64,000 nt of DNA. It comes from Eledone cirrhosa. Its lineage: Eukaryota. Under the pieces are notes generated by a model, which was not told the origin of the DNA, did no database searches, and saw only the letters and a list, made by a program, of their open reading frames with translations. The position numbers were made by a program, and so were the translations under genes. The stretch covers positions 11,904,001-11,968,000 of the forward strand of contig OZ024760.1 of the NCBI GenBank assembly GCA_964016885.1, in the 5' to 3' direction. Of the stretch, positions 45,636 to 58,400 are shown piece by piece; within the stretch, counting starts at the first letter, position 1; each line of letters starts with the position of its first letter.

Positions 45636-46145
45636 AATTGTTTGAATTATCTTGTTTCATTCCTAGTTGGAAATTTATCATAGAACAAGTACCTTCTTTT
45701 TCTGTCCACTGAGAGACTGATAGCTTCTCGTAGTTATTTATATCAAACACAAACCACAATTGAGCTGGTCAGGCATAATACAGTGTGTGTATGTATAAGA
45801 ATGGTTTCTGATTTAGGCACAAGGCCAACAATTTTGGGTGAAGGGGAAAAATCAATTAAATCTACCCCAGTACATTACTGGTACTTTATTTTATCGCCCC
45901 TGTAAAGATGAAAGGCAAAGCTAACCTCTGCCTTTCATCCTTACAGGGTTGATAAAATAATCAATGAATTAACAGTATTGTTAATGAATGTATGGTTATG
46001 CAAATTAGTATGGCCATCACCACTTAGTTCTGGTTTGTGTTCCATAGAAATAACTTTAAGCTATGTGTCTTCTATGGATGGAAAATAAGATTACTTTTTC
46101 TCTGATGAATTTCCAACTAGAATTGAAACAAGCCAGAACAATTCC
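45635..46145. mobile_element. Old MITE with ~150-bp diverged TIRs, interrupted by SINE-A
   Basis: cttgtttcattcctagttggaaatt at the left end is inverted as aatttccaactagaattgaaacaag at the right end. Confidence 0.6.
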
Positions 46146-48165
46146 AATATTTTGTTTTCAGTCATGCATGAAGAATATTCAGATAAAATAGATTTAGAAC
46201 AAATCATCAAATCTAAAAGCAACAAAGATGAAACAATTTACAAATACTTACCACAGAAATGTGTATAAAAGTTAAATACTATCAGTACAAACAATGTATT
46301 CATGCAAAAAAAATACAGAATGAAATGCGTGAGAGTCAAAAGGGATTGTCACTCTGCATGCAACTAAGAGTGATCAGGAGAATAGCAAATGGTAATGCCC
46401 CAGCATGGCCACAGCAAATTTGATGCAAAACTTCAAAGGTTTTGAGAGAATAGCAAACAGTAATGCCCCAGCATGGCCATAGCAACTTTGACATGAAAGT
46501 TCTTCACTGAGGTCAGGAGGATAGCAATCAGCAGTGCTCCAGCATGGCCACACCACAGCAACTTTGATGCAAAACTTCTTCGGAGGCAGGGGTTCAAGAG
46601 AATAGAAAACAGGCAGTGCTCCAGCATGGTCACAGCAACGTTGATGCAAAAGTTCTTCAGGGTGGGCAGAGGAGAGGAGGGGTTCAACAGAATAGCAAAC
46701 GGCAGTGCCCCAGAATGGCCACAGCCCAAGGGTTAGAAAAGTTAAGGTAGTAAAGGAGTAGACAAGTGTTTTTGCAAGAGATTTCATGGAGAACTAAAAC
46801 TATGAATTCATCTCAGAAAAAATAAAATAAAAAGATGTCTATTTTTTGCAGGCTATTTTCTCAGTTTAAAGACAGCACTAACACAGCATAATTCATAATA
46901 AAGATGTCTCAAGTCTGTCTTAAGCCAGAAGGCTCATTTGGCCGGTGCTTATCCCGGTTTCATGGCTTGAAGTGACAGAGTACAAGACTCCCCACTGGAC
47001 AGGACACCAGTCCATCACAGGGTTAATCTCCCATCTTTTGCTTGTACACATTTTCAGTTGAGCATATGAGCAAGATATGGTCACCTGACTTCTCTGGCTT
47101 TATAACATAACATTAATATGAGAGAACACTGATCAAAACACAAAGATTAGAAGAAAAAACAAAAAAAAAAAAAAACAGGTATAAAAAAAATAAAGGGCAG
47201 AGGAGAAAAACCTTTCTGAGAAGTTTGAGAATCGAATAAATATATTCAATTGAATTATGATAATATTTTGTTAGGCATGCCTGGAAGATTCTAGATTTAG
47301 TCATTATATTAGTAGTTATAGCATTCTTATTAGTATAGCAAAATTGTCACTAAGAAAGGAATAAGAAAGCTGGAAAAAGTCAAACTTAGTATTAAAAAAT
47401 TCCGCCTACCGATATAGCTTCAGTGGATTTTTTTTCATTCAGATAAAATTTTGCCCAATTTTACACAGAAAATAACATATCTTTGATGTCTTAAGATATC
47501 TGGAACAGCACAACAATCATGGTAGAATCACTGTTGTTTTATCCGGAGACTTCCAACAAACTTTACCTATGATATCAAAGGGGACTCATGCCAATCAAGT
47601 TCAAGCCTGCCTAAAATTGTCAACTTTATGGCCAGTTTAAAGTCGGTTTAAACTCAGTTTAAGAACCAATAAGTGGACACAACTTCACCGTGACAATATT
47701 TTTTGCAGAGTTTGCTAGAAAGCTTCTGGAACTTGGTAAAGGCAAATTATCCCTTGATACTGAAGGATTTTTTTATCCATCTTTTTGTACTGTTGTGGAA
47801 AGCATTGCTAGTTTAATTAATCAAGTGTTCCCCAATTTTGAAATCCACCATTGAATATATTTTATAATTAACTTAATTTTCTAATAAATACCTGAATTTA
47901 AACTCTTTACATCCTGTAATTATTTATGAGAAAATATTTAAAAACAGGTTTTCTTAATTCAAATGTTTGTAGTATCTTGGACAGATTGTTGTGAAAATTT
48001 GCAGTTAACTAAAATAAAGACTTTTGTTGATAATGTGATATGATGCAGCCATGGTTGGTGTTTCAGAATTTTCTAGAATATCTTGCTAATGCAGTTTTGT
48101 GTGTTACAGGATGTTAAGAGTCAGGTCAGTGAGTGCTCGTCCCCTCAAACTATCTTATTTCTCAT

Positions 48166-48201
48166 TCTTCTGATGAAGGACTAGCATCCAAAATGTTAGG
48201 A
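48166..48201 (+). ncRNA. CpG-decayed hammerhead motif in a Penelope-like pLTR (48140-48292)
   Basis: CTGATGA a gga-ctagca-tcc AAAA tgtTA gga; reconstructs to tccGAAAcgtta by two CpG transitions. Confidence 0.6.
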
Positions 48202-49453
48202 CCCTCTTCCTGCAATATCAAGCGTTAACCTAATATATCCCTTCCAAATACTGTACTGATTGTGTTGTTATTTCTGTTTACCTTTTGCATACATATATAT
48301 ATATATGTATATATAGAGATAAATATATATATATTTTAAATAAACAACAAGATCCCAGATCTAATTCGCTTACAAAGTGGTGGAATTTGTCTAATCGGAC
48401 CAAGGAAACTGTTTCCATTGGTCTTTCCATAGCTGATACTATCCACTGGTCACAACTCCTGGCAGAAAGAGCAATGTGAAATAAAGTGTCTTGCTCAAGG
48501 ACATACCACATTGCCCAGTTTGGGAATCAAACTCTCAACCTCACTATTGTAAATCTAATTCTCTAACCACTAAGCCAGAACAAATATACAATGACATTTC
48601 ATTTGACACTGATTCTGTCAGTCTACCATCATTGTTGTGCGTGGGTGGAAATATTCCAGTAATGTGGTTTACCATTATTGTTGAGTCTTAGTCTAAAGTC
48701 TGTTTCCACCCCTTAGGCTCACTAGGCCAGTACTTATCCCGGTTTCTGTGGCATGAACCGGCAACTGAGAATACAAAACTGCCTCCTGGACAGGAAGCTG
48801 GGCCATCACAAGGTTAAACCCACAACTACTGTCCAACCCATACCAGTGTAGAAAAGGGGTAATAAAAAGGATGATGATGATGATTGCTGTTAAGTGTGAG
48901 GGGATGAGGTCTATATATGGATGTGATGCAATAATGCAATCACTTTTTTTTTTTTTTATTAATAATTAATAAATGGACTCAAAATTAGTTAATTATGAAA
49001 TTTATTTTATCATTTTAACATTGTATTTGAATAAAGTACATTAATATTTTGTGGTTTTATTTTAGTAAAGGGCACTGTTGACTTTGAAACAAAATCTGAC
49101 AGTGAATTACTAGTTTCATAGAATTTTAGTTATTTTGCTAATGGATAAGAGCCAACAAGATTTTCTTATAATCTCCACTACATTCCCCCTCAACCCATTC
49201 AGATAAGGGCTGCTCATACAATTCTTGAAAACGATCCTTTATACAATTCAAGTCGACCTGAAAGGGAAAGACAAGGACAAAGCAAAGCGAATTAGTATTG
49301 AGTTGAGTGAGAATTTTGGTTGGGTCTTTTTGTTAAGGTAATATTGTGAAGTAGGTGTGTGTGTGTGTGTATATAAATAAAGCAAGTGTGGTAAGAAACC
49401 CGGTGGACCATAACACACAAGAGTACTTGATACTTAGTGTAGTAAAGTGGGTA

Positions 49454-49579
49454 ATAGGAAAAGAGTCAGGACCCCGACGGCTGAGCTCCGGCCGTTTCAA
49501 CAGCTAGATCCAAACTGTTCGGATTTAGCTGTCAAAAATCGACGGAGCTCAGCCATCGGGGTCCTGACTCTTTTCCTAT
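49454..49579. repeat. Fold-back palindrome of the gaccccgacggc family (element extends left to ~49385)
   Basis: taggaaaagagtcaggaccccgacggctgagctc...gagctcagccatcggggtcctgactcttttccta; centre ~49516. Confidence 0.85.
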
Positions 49580-49700
49580 ATATATTGTTATAGTTTGGGA
49601 GGGTCATGTTGCCAATAAAAACACACGGACCTGTTGGTTTTCGCTTCAAATTATTATTAGTTTCTGGTTGCTTCGATAACCAGAAGGTTGTTTATATATT

Positions 49701-49743
49701 GTCAAAGCTCTTTTGTCACTCATTCTGTGACCTCCTCAGTGAC
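49701..49743 (-). ncRNA. Hammerhead motif with the G12 core position mutated
   Basis: Minus strand: gtca CTGAGGA g gtcac-agaatga-gtgac AAAA gagc TT tgac; same family as 52710. Confidence 0.65.
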
Positions 49744-50152
49744 TAGATTTTTATTTTCTGTGTTGTGTTTAATTTGCGCATGTGTTACATTCGTGTGTGT
49801 GTGTATCCCAGGTTCAATCGGGGGTAACCACAGTAAGTAAGGTACTCAATACATAGCAGAGTAGAAATATTTAATATAGAAATGGCTTCTACAGGACTAG
49901 AACTGTTTCATTTACGTGTACCCAGAAAGGAGAAAAGAAAAGTGGGCATGTCTGTTAGAGCTGATATATTAAGTTAGTCCTACCCACAGATTTCATCAAT
50001 ACAATGGGGGGGGGGGGGGGGGTAGGAAGAGATTTTAAAGAAATTTCAAGTTACATTTTTTCTGTTTTTATTCTTGTGATGAAATTAATTATAAAGTTCT
50101 ACACATTGAAGGGTTATATATATATATATATATACACACAGCAACCATTATA

Positions 50153-50184
<32 letters not shown>

Positions 50185-50190
50185 AAATCA

Positions 50191-50471
50191 AGAAAGATGA
50201 GTGACATGGTTTGCTATACAATAAGGGCTTTATTCACATTGCTGACAATTGTTTCTCTGAACTGGTAGGTCTAGAGATCGCTACCCACCTGTTTTTGCGT
50301 CAATTGATCACCAATACTTTGTTATAACCATTGGTTATAACAAAGTATTGGTGATCTATTGACGCAAAAACAAGCGGGTAGCGATCTCTAGACCTACCAG
50401 TTCAGAGAAACAATTGTCAGCAATGTGAATAAAGCCCTTATTGTATAGCAAACCATGTCACTCATCTTTCT
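50191..50471. repeat. 281-bp near-perfect palindrome (140-bp arms, 1-nt centre at 50331) between (TA)n tracts
   Basis: ...ctttgttataacca t tggttataacaaag...; each arm carries GAAACAATTGTC. Confidence 0.92.
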
Positions 50472-50476
50472 TTATT

Positions 50477-50517
<41 letters not shown>

Positions 50518-50955
50518 CTTGACTGACCAGTCTGTCGGGTGCCGCTGGTCACAGCACGTCGTGCTGTTTTAGTCATAAGATAACGCCATCCCACTGGCTG
50601 GGCGGGCAGGCCGGTACTCATTTCTACAACTGGAGCAACATGAAATAAAGTGTCTTGCTCAAGGAAACAACACATCAGCCGGTCCGAGAATCAAACTCAC
50701 AACCTTTCGATTGATTGCAAGCCCAATGCTCTAACCACTAAGCCATGCGCCATATATATATTGCAAGCCCAATGCTCTAACCACTAAGCCATGCGCCATA
50801 TATATATATCAGCCGTTATATCAGGGTACAAGTTACACTTCTTCCCACTAAGAAGTTTCTTCATTCCTTGATGCATTCAAGAACATGGTTGATTGCCCAC
50901 ACTCAAGTGAAGAGAACATTGTTAAGCCCCACTCCAGAAAGTATGGTGCACTTAC

Positions 50956-51068
50956 CTCACTCCTTGATACAATCAATCGGATGAGATCAGTATCTGTGGT
51001 TCCGAGACCGGCCATACAATTGTGGAGACGGGCGGCAAAGTATCCGATGAGGTCAGCTGCAGCATCAA
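50956..51068 (-). CDS. Annexin exon (repeat 4)
   Basis: [38 protein letters not shown]; cag/gtaag; phase 1-0. Confidence 0.95.
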
Positions 51069-51232
51069 CTGTTGAGGAGAGAGAGATGAGTGAGTGAGGG
51101 GGGGAGAGAGAGAGAGAGAGAGAGGGGTGAGATGATTGAGTGAGTGGGAGAGAGAGAGAGAGGGGGGGAGATGAGTGGGAGAGAGAGATTCTAATCTAAC
51201 GACTGCCATCATTAAGAACACTAGATACTCAC

Positions 51233-51410
51233 TAATGGCAAGGTAGCCATCCTGGACAGCTCCACTTGTTTCCGATTCAATAGACTCTCGGATATCTTTG
51301 TCAGCCAGAGAAGCATAGGCAGCAAATGTTGCATTCAATTGAGGTAAAGTACGTTGACATAAAATGGAGTTCAAGGTGCACTCATCAGTACCAAGTTGTC
51401 CTTCACCAGC
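51233..51410 (-). CDS. Annexin exon (repeat 3)
   Basis: AGEGQLGTDECTLNSILCQR...IESETSGAVQDGYLAI; aag/gtgag; phase 0-1. Confidence 0.95.
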
Positions 51411-51622
51411 CTTTAGAAAAGAATTGTTTAAGAAAATTATGTTTAAGAAAATTGTTTTCAAGAAAATTGTTTTTAAGAAAATTGTTTTAACCCAGTATTT
51501 CACTGGTACCTTATTTTATCAATCCCCAGAAGAATGAAAGACAAAGGTGGCCTCAATGAGATTTGGACTCAGAATTAGTTTATATTAACAATCAAATATA
51601 ATAAAATCTGTTGATCACTAAC

Positions 51623-51771
51623 ATCAAAGAGAATTTGAGCATCTTCATCAGCCTTTTCTTGATTCACCCACCAATCATCATCTCTAGAAGCGGTACAGAG
51701 GGAAACCAACATGCGACGGAAATATCCACTTGTATCAGATTCTATATCATCTTCCATTGGCGTTTCATATT
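51623..51771 (-). CDS. Annexin exon (end of repeat 2 and linker)
   Basis: EYETPMEDDIESDTSGYFRRMLVSLCTASRDD...DAQILFD; cag/gttag; phase 1-0. Confidence 0.95.
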
Positions 51772-51806
51772 CTGAAAAAAAAATTAAATTTAAATCAGTT
51801 ACATAA

Positions 51807-52094
51807 ACAGTTGAACCTCGATTCACAAACTTAATTTGTTCCTGAAGGCCGTTTGTAAACCAAAACTATTTTTCCTATACAAAATGTTGAGAGAGAGAGA
51901 AACTGTGTGTGAAAGACAGACATAGATAGATATCACCATAGTAACTAACTACACAGCAAGTAACACTTTCCTGCAGTACTTCCAGCTTGTTGCCAACCGT
52001 TGTTTCCAGTTTGTATGTTCGTTACTTGAGATGTTTTATATTTGGAAAAAATTGTTTGTGAAACGATTTATTTGTGAACAGTGGTTCCACTGTA
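51807..52094. mobile_element. pogo/Tigger-like MITE filling most of a short annexin intron
   Basis: acagttgaacctc...gtggttccactgta termini. Confidence 0.55.
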
Positions 52095-52099
52095 TTTAC

Positions 52100-52190
52100 C
52101 TTCTTCATAAATAGCTTTGATTTGTGTAATTTCTTCATTTGTTCTGGTGACCATAATCTCAATGAGTGTTCCTTCCTCTGTACCCATATC
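52100..52190 (-). CDS. Annexin exon (repeat 2)
   Basis: DMGTEEGTLIEIMVTRTNEEITQIKAIYEE; tag/gtaaa; phase 0-1. Confidence 0.95.
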
Positions 52191-52709
52191 CTAAATCATA
52201 AAAAAATAAGAAAGTAAGAAAATACCCCATCAGATGAAATTTGAATATAGTCAACTAGATAAACTAACAAATGTACTATAGATATTAGAAATACTATGTC
52301 TTAATAAGTTTAACCCTTCAGTATTTAAACAAGCTATATCCGGCCAGAATTTGCTCACCTCTTTCTGTTCAAACCGGCTGTAACCAGCCACATGTACTGA
52401 TGTTAAGGTATTGTTCTTAAAATGAATAATATCAAAATCTCATAGATTTAATATTATGTGAGATAAAACCTTATTGTGAAAATATAGTAAATATACAGAG
52501 TACTGGGTGACCTTCCTAACACCAACCACTTTACAGTGTGAACTGGGAGCTTGTTTCTACAGCTGAATGACCTTCCTAACACCAACCACTTTACAATGTA
52601 AACGGGTTACATTTTATTACAGTAACAAAATAATTATAAAAAGAAAAGATAATATAAATAAAATTGAATAAGAAAACATTACAGCAATACAACGGGAGGA
52701 AACATAATA

Positions 52710-52751
52710 TCACTGATGATGTCACAGGTGGGTGACGAAAGAACTCTATGA
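52710..52751 (+). ncRNA. Minimal type I hammerhead ribozyme motif, intact core
   Basis: tca CTGATGA t gtcac-aggtgg-gtgac GAAA ga-ac-tc TA tga. Followed by a pLTR-like tail that shares gaagcgaaaaccaac with the 49.6-kb copy. Confidence 0.8.
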
Positions 52752-53006
52752 AACTATGTCTATATTTTTAACTGTTGGTCAATCGATGATAAATATTGAT
52801 TGCCAGCTGAATTAATCATAGAAATATGAAATATACTGAAGCGAAAACCAACCCAAACCAAATAGTGAGTGTGTTTTACTATATAATAATAATAATAATG
52901 AAATTATTGTGTAAAGTGCTCAGGTATATTTTTCTGGCAATATTATAACAAGACCCTCCCCAAATATAATAAAAGGAATTTTTTTTTTTAAATAGTTCAT
53001 ACTCAC

Positions 53007-53120
53007 AGCTACAGCTCTATGGATTTCATGAGCATCAAATGTTCTTGGTTCATCGAATAAGGCTACAATCACATTCTCAAAATTCCCAGTGAGTTCAGAT
53101 TTCAGATCGTCGACTAAATC
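53007..53120 (-). CDS. Annexin exon (end of repeat 1)
   Basis: DLVDDLKSELTGNFENVIVALFDEPRTFDAHEIHRAVA; tag/gtgag; phase 0-0. Confidence 0.95.
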
Positions 53121-54547
53121 CTAAAATATACAAAAAAAATCATTTTTTTTTTTAATATGGAAATTGGTGTAATCAGTAAGGCTAGATGATATCCCGACAT
53201 ATATATATACATACAATATACATACATATGATATACATACAATATACATACATATATATATGTGTGTGTGTGTGCATAGAACAATGAAAACAAAAGTCAG
53301 AGATAGTTAATTAGTTGAACTAATTAACTATATATCTCTGACTTTTATTATTTTTTTACATTAAACACAGACAGACAGACACACACACATATATATATAT
53401 GTATATATATACCTACGTTGTAAGTTCTTTGAATAAAATATACTGTAAGTATTGTCTGCGAATGTTTATGATATTCTACGATGTTTAGGCTTTCATTTTG
53501 ACGATTTCTTTGATTGGTTTCGTTCTATTTTTTACCTGAATTTTATTCATTAATTTTATTTTATTTTATGATATTTTTTAGCTGATAGAGCGACCAAGTG
53601 GAGACTGTCGTTCTGTCACAACTTTTTATTTATTTTTTTTATTTTTTTTTACAATCGATTCAAATAACGATCAAAGGGAAAGAAATCTGTCAGATCGTGC
53701 TTCTGTATGTTACAACATTTACTTCCCTTTGACTGTCGGCGACAGACCCGAGTTTCGTTGCTCGACAAGGTGAAGATCATCATAATCTCTTGAGTGGTTT
53801 TTTATATAGGCACAAGGCCAGCAATTTGGGGGAAGGGGAAGGTTGATTAAATCGACCCCCGTGCGTGACTGGTACTTTATTTTATCGACCCCGTAAGGAT
53901 GAAAGGCAAAGTTAACCTCGTCTCTACTTAAGTCACTCTAGCAGCTAAAAAAATACCTTTAAACAAAAGCTGTTGAACATATAGTGGCGACCTCTGGCAT
54001 TCTTAGTAGCTGAATCATAATCTCCATAGTCACTGCTATCAGGGCAAAGATGGCCACCCACATGAGTTGATCCCACATGTTGAAATGTCTATTTCAAAAT
54101 GTCTCCCTCACTATCCTCTGGAGTAACACTCTCTATTCTGCCAACTGGGACTTATGAGGCAACCTGCACATGATATTCTGTATACCTAAGAGTGTTCCCT
54201 AATACCATCTGAGCTTGTATTAATGGTATAGCTCAGTGGTTCCCAAAGTGGGCTCCACAGAACCCAAGGGTTCTGCAAACAAGTGCCAAGGGTTCCGTGA
54301 AAAGAGGTAGAGGAGTATATTTATATTACGACCATATAACAGTATTTGACTTTGGGGTTCCCCAAAAAAGTTTGATCCAAAAAGGGTTCCACGTTTGAAA
54401 AAGTTTGGGTAATCCTGGTATAGATTACTGATGGTTGTTAATCTCAGAATAATATTTGTCCAAGAGTGTTCCCCAATAACACCTGATCTTGTATTAATGG
54501 TATAGTTTACTGGTTGCTGTTAATCTCAGAGAATAATATAAACATAC

Positions 54548-54642
54548 CTCTCCAAACATTTGTTTGTATTGAGTTTTAATCTCTTGGCGTTGAGCATTGT
54601 CATGATTTACCAAAATAGCAATAATATCACCTTCATTGGTTC
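54548..54642 (-). CDS. Annexin exon (repeat 1)
   Basis: GTNEGDIIAILVNHDNAQRQEIKTQYKQMFGE; tag/gtatg; phase 1-0. Confidence 0.95.
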
Positions 54643-55399
54643 CTAGAAAAATAGAAAAAATATAATTTTAGCTCCGACATAGCTGTATACATACATGTAT
54701 GGGAATTTTGTATATCTAATGATATATGGTATGTTTAATAAATATTTAGAAAGCCTTCTAGTTATGAATATTGAAAGGCTGATGGTTAGTGCCATCTAGC
54801 AGATTCCAGCAGATATAAAAAATTGAAGTAAGGTTATGTATTACATAAAATGAAGCATGATTAACTTAAAATAAAGTCTATCTTGAACCCTGAGTCTCAT
54901 CAGCCCGGTGCTTATCCTGCTTTCCATGGCATTAAGCAACTGAGAGTATAAGACTTCCCCCTGGACAAGACGCCAATCCATTACAGGGTTAAAGTCTGTC
55001 TTCAGCCCAGTGCTTATCCTGGTTTCTGTGGTGTTAAGGGACTGAGAACACAAGACTTCCTCCTGGACAAGATGCCAGTCCCTCGCAGGATTAAAGTCTG
55101 TCTTCAGCCTGGTGCTTAATGGTTTGTGGTATACATTTTGGCTCTCTGCTCTTTGAGTTCAAATTCTGCATCTTACAAGCTGGTGCAGGCAGGAAACCCG
55201 GGAGTAGACCCTGAGCAAGATGGTTGAATAACATCATGAGCTTGTTTGGTCTCAGGGGAATCCAGCCGGATCAGTTGGAGATGGTTGCTTCTGACAGGAC
55301 CCACTGGGAGGAGTGTTTAAGGACTCTGTCCCCAACGACCCTCACAGAATTAAGTGGAAGAAGAAATCGAAGATTAAGACAAAGAAAAAGATTTCTTAC

Positions 55400-55475
55400 C
55401 TATACCATCCATGGCATCCTTGATATTACGACAAGCATTTTCACAATCAAAATCACAGTTGGCGGTAACTGTTGC
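55400..55475 (-). CDS. Annexin, first identified coding exon (start-codon exon lies further upstream and was not located)
   Basis: ATVTANCDFDCENACRNIKDAMDGIG; cag/gtaag; phase 0-1. The eight exons sum to 936 nt in frame. Confidence 0.92.
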
Positions 55476-58400
55476 CTGGTTAAGATAAAAATGGAATCAT
55501 TAGACAAGACTAAGAAAATATCAGTTTAGAGTTTTACAATTGTCATCAATCATACAATCATCTCATTGATCAATTTAGTTACACAGGAAGGGTCATATGT
55601 CTTTTCTTCTTCATCCACTTATTCCTGAGAGGGTCATGGAAGCAGAGTCCTCAGACATGCCTTCCAGAGGGTTCTACAGGCATGTGGTTAGCATGTCTAA
55701 GGAAAGAATCACAGGACAGGTATTATTGGCAAAGCCAACTGGCAGGGGACTCGGTTTAGAAATACCTATAAAGTTCACGAGAGTTGCTCCCTCTAACCCA
55801 ATAAACAAAAACATAATTAGGGAAAATAAATGAGGAAACAAACCCTTTACAAAAACCAAAAACTCGCCTACAATAACTATATCAGTTATTGTAGTTTCAC
55901 TAACAAAAGTACAATACACATAAATATTGTCACTACTAACTTTTATTAGAGGAAAATAGTGGAGGTTAGGCTTCGGGTTTAATATAACACATGCTGTACA
56001 CACACGTGTGTGTGTGTGTGTATACATACATATGCATACATATATATATACACACACACATACATATACAAATCTATACACATATACACACATAAATATA
56101 CACGCATACATCTATACACACATATATATATATATATACACACACATATACAAATATACACACATCTATACACATTTATATATACACACATACACAAATA
56201 TACACACATACATCTATACACATATTTATATATACACACACAAATATACACACATACATCTATACACATTTATATATACACACACACATCTATACACAAA
56301 GATACACATACACACATATATAGATAAACACACATATATATATATATAAAGATAAACACACACACACACACATATATATATATATGCACACATTATACAC
56401 ATATATACATTCACACATACAAACACACACACAGTTGAGGGATATGAAATTAACCCCCTACTCATGTACCAGTCCAAAGAAACCCCACAATGGACTTCTA
56501 AGGGCTACACAAAGTTAAATCTAGACCCAGATATATCTTGAGGACACAAATGGACGACAGAGTTTATATGAGAAAGTCCTCTGACCACCACCACCCTCTA
56601 CCCCCTCTAACCTCTACCCCCCTCTAACCACCACCCCTTCCATGTTCCTTTTTTTTTTGACAGCTTTCAGCATTCATGTGTGACAGGTTGTACAACAAAA
56701 TGGCTAAACAGCTTTGATATGAATTATTTTGATGAATCTATATTTATACAGTTTATAGCCTGTGCTTTGTTTCTACTTTAGGCACAAGGCCAGCAATTTG
56801 GGGAGAGAGGGGAATGTCGTTAAAATTAACCCCAGTGCATTACTGGTACCTTATTTTATTGACCCCCTTAAGCATGAAAGGCAAAGCTAACCTTGGCAGG
56901 ATTTGAATTTAGATCGTAAAAGACCATAATTCTATGCCATGAAGCATGTTGACAACTGCACCCCTGCACTGATGTCTTTTGTAAGGCCTTACAAAAAGAA
57001 AGTTACCTAAGTACACATCAGTATCCAGGAGAATAATCTATAGTATTGTGTAGTATTGTGTTTTTTTAATCCAACAAATAGATTTTCAAACCTTCCCACG
57101 CATAAACTGCAAGTTAACAATCTATTGTCAAAGACTTACAGTATTTGACCTTTTTATCTGACCTTAGAAATTCGTTGGTGACTAATCAGTCCTGCCTTAA
57201 AAAAAAAAAAAAACAACTTATACAATCACAAGTGCAGCACACCAAATTTATTTACTGTCTGCACTTTACAAATTGTGCATTTTCCTGCAGCTTACATAAA
57301 TTGCGTATGAGAGATGTGTTCTTTTTTATTTTACGATTTTTACAGATAGCAGGAGGAGGGGGAATGGCTTCAGGTCCGTATTAACCCATGACTGAGCCCT
57401 TATGTTTTCTCATTCTGTCTTGCTCCACCTCTGGAACTTCAATATTTCATCCCCACTACAGTAAAAAACAAAAAGATTTACTGGCCTCCCCTAGATTTTT
57501 CAGATAATCTTTCGTCCCACAACACACACACACAAGGAATTGACGGGTCCCCTAGATTTTCAGATATTTCAGAGCCCTTTCTGGAACTTCAGTCTTTCAT
57601 CCCACAACAGCAAAATAAATAAATAAATTTAATGATACCCCCACACCCTTACCTCTGCAGGGTACTTAGTCTCTATTGGGCCCCTAAATTTCAAATTAGT
57701 CAACCTTATGAACAATACAGTCCCAGGGTGCCTTAGCTTCACTACACAAATAACTAAGAACAACGCCCTTCATCTGTGTTAAACAGTGAGTAGGAGTTTA
57801 AGTGAATATATATGGAACGTCACTCAAATATCTGAAATGATTGAACTGATACTTTTCAACCAGTTCTTACTCCAAGACTACAACCACTACAACTACGACA
57901 CGTCAGTCAATCACAAGATGGATTCTAAGTTTTATTCATAGTTGTATAAATAAATGTTTCTACTATTGGCACAAGGCCAGCAATTATTCAGTACATTACT
58001 GGTACTTTATTTTATCGACCCCGTAAGGATGAAAGGCAAAGTTAACCTCGGCGGGATTATACATAGTTGTATAAATAACATTACTAATCGTTTGCAATTC
58101 TTTCAGAATGAAAATATAAATAAATTTACAGTAGAATAACAAAAATATTTTAAATATATACATAAATAACATAAATGCTTAGATAACATTATAAGTTGCT
58201 CGCGATTCATTCAGAAAGATATATTCTTTTAATATTACAAAATTAATGAAAATGTAAAGGAAGGGGTGAACAACCGAGCCAACACCAGAGCAAAAGACAG
58301 CAGCATCTAGGGAAGAAAAAAAACAGATGTGGAAGGAGAAAATAAAAACTAGAAATGGGTCTAAGGATTTTAAGCGCTCCTTATATAAAGGATAAAATAT

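Noticed and set aside
46098-46135. CTGATGA...GAAA motif
   Set aside because: No stem III or stem I; it lies in a MITE TIR whose other arm lacks the core.
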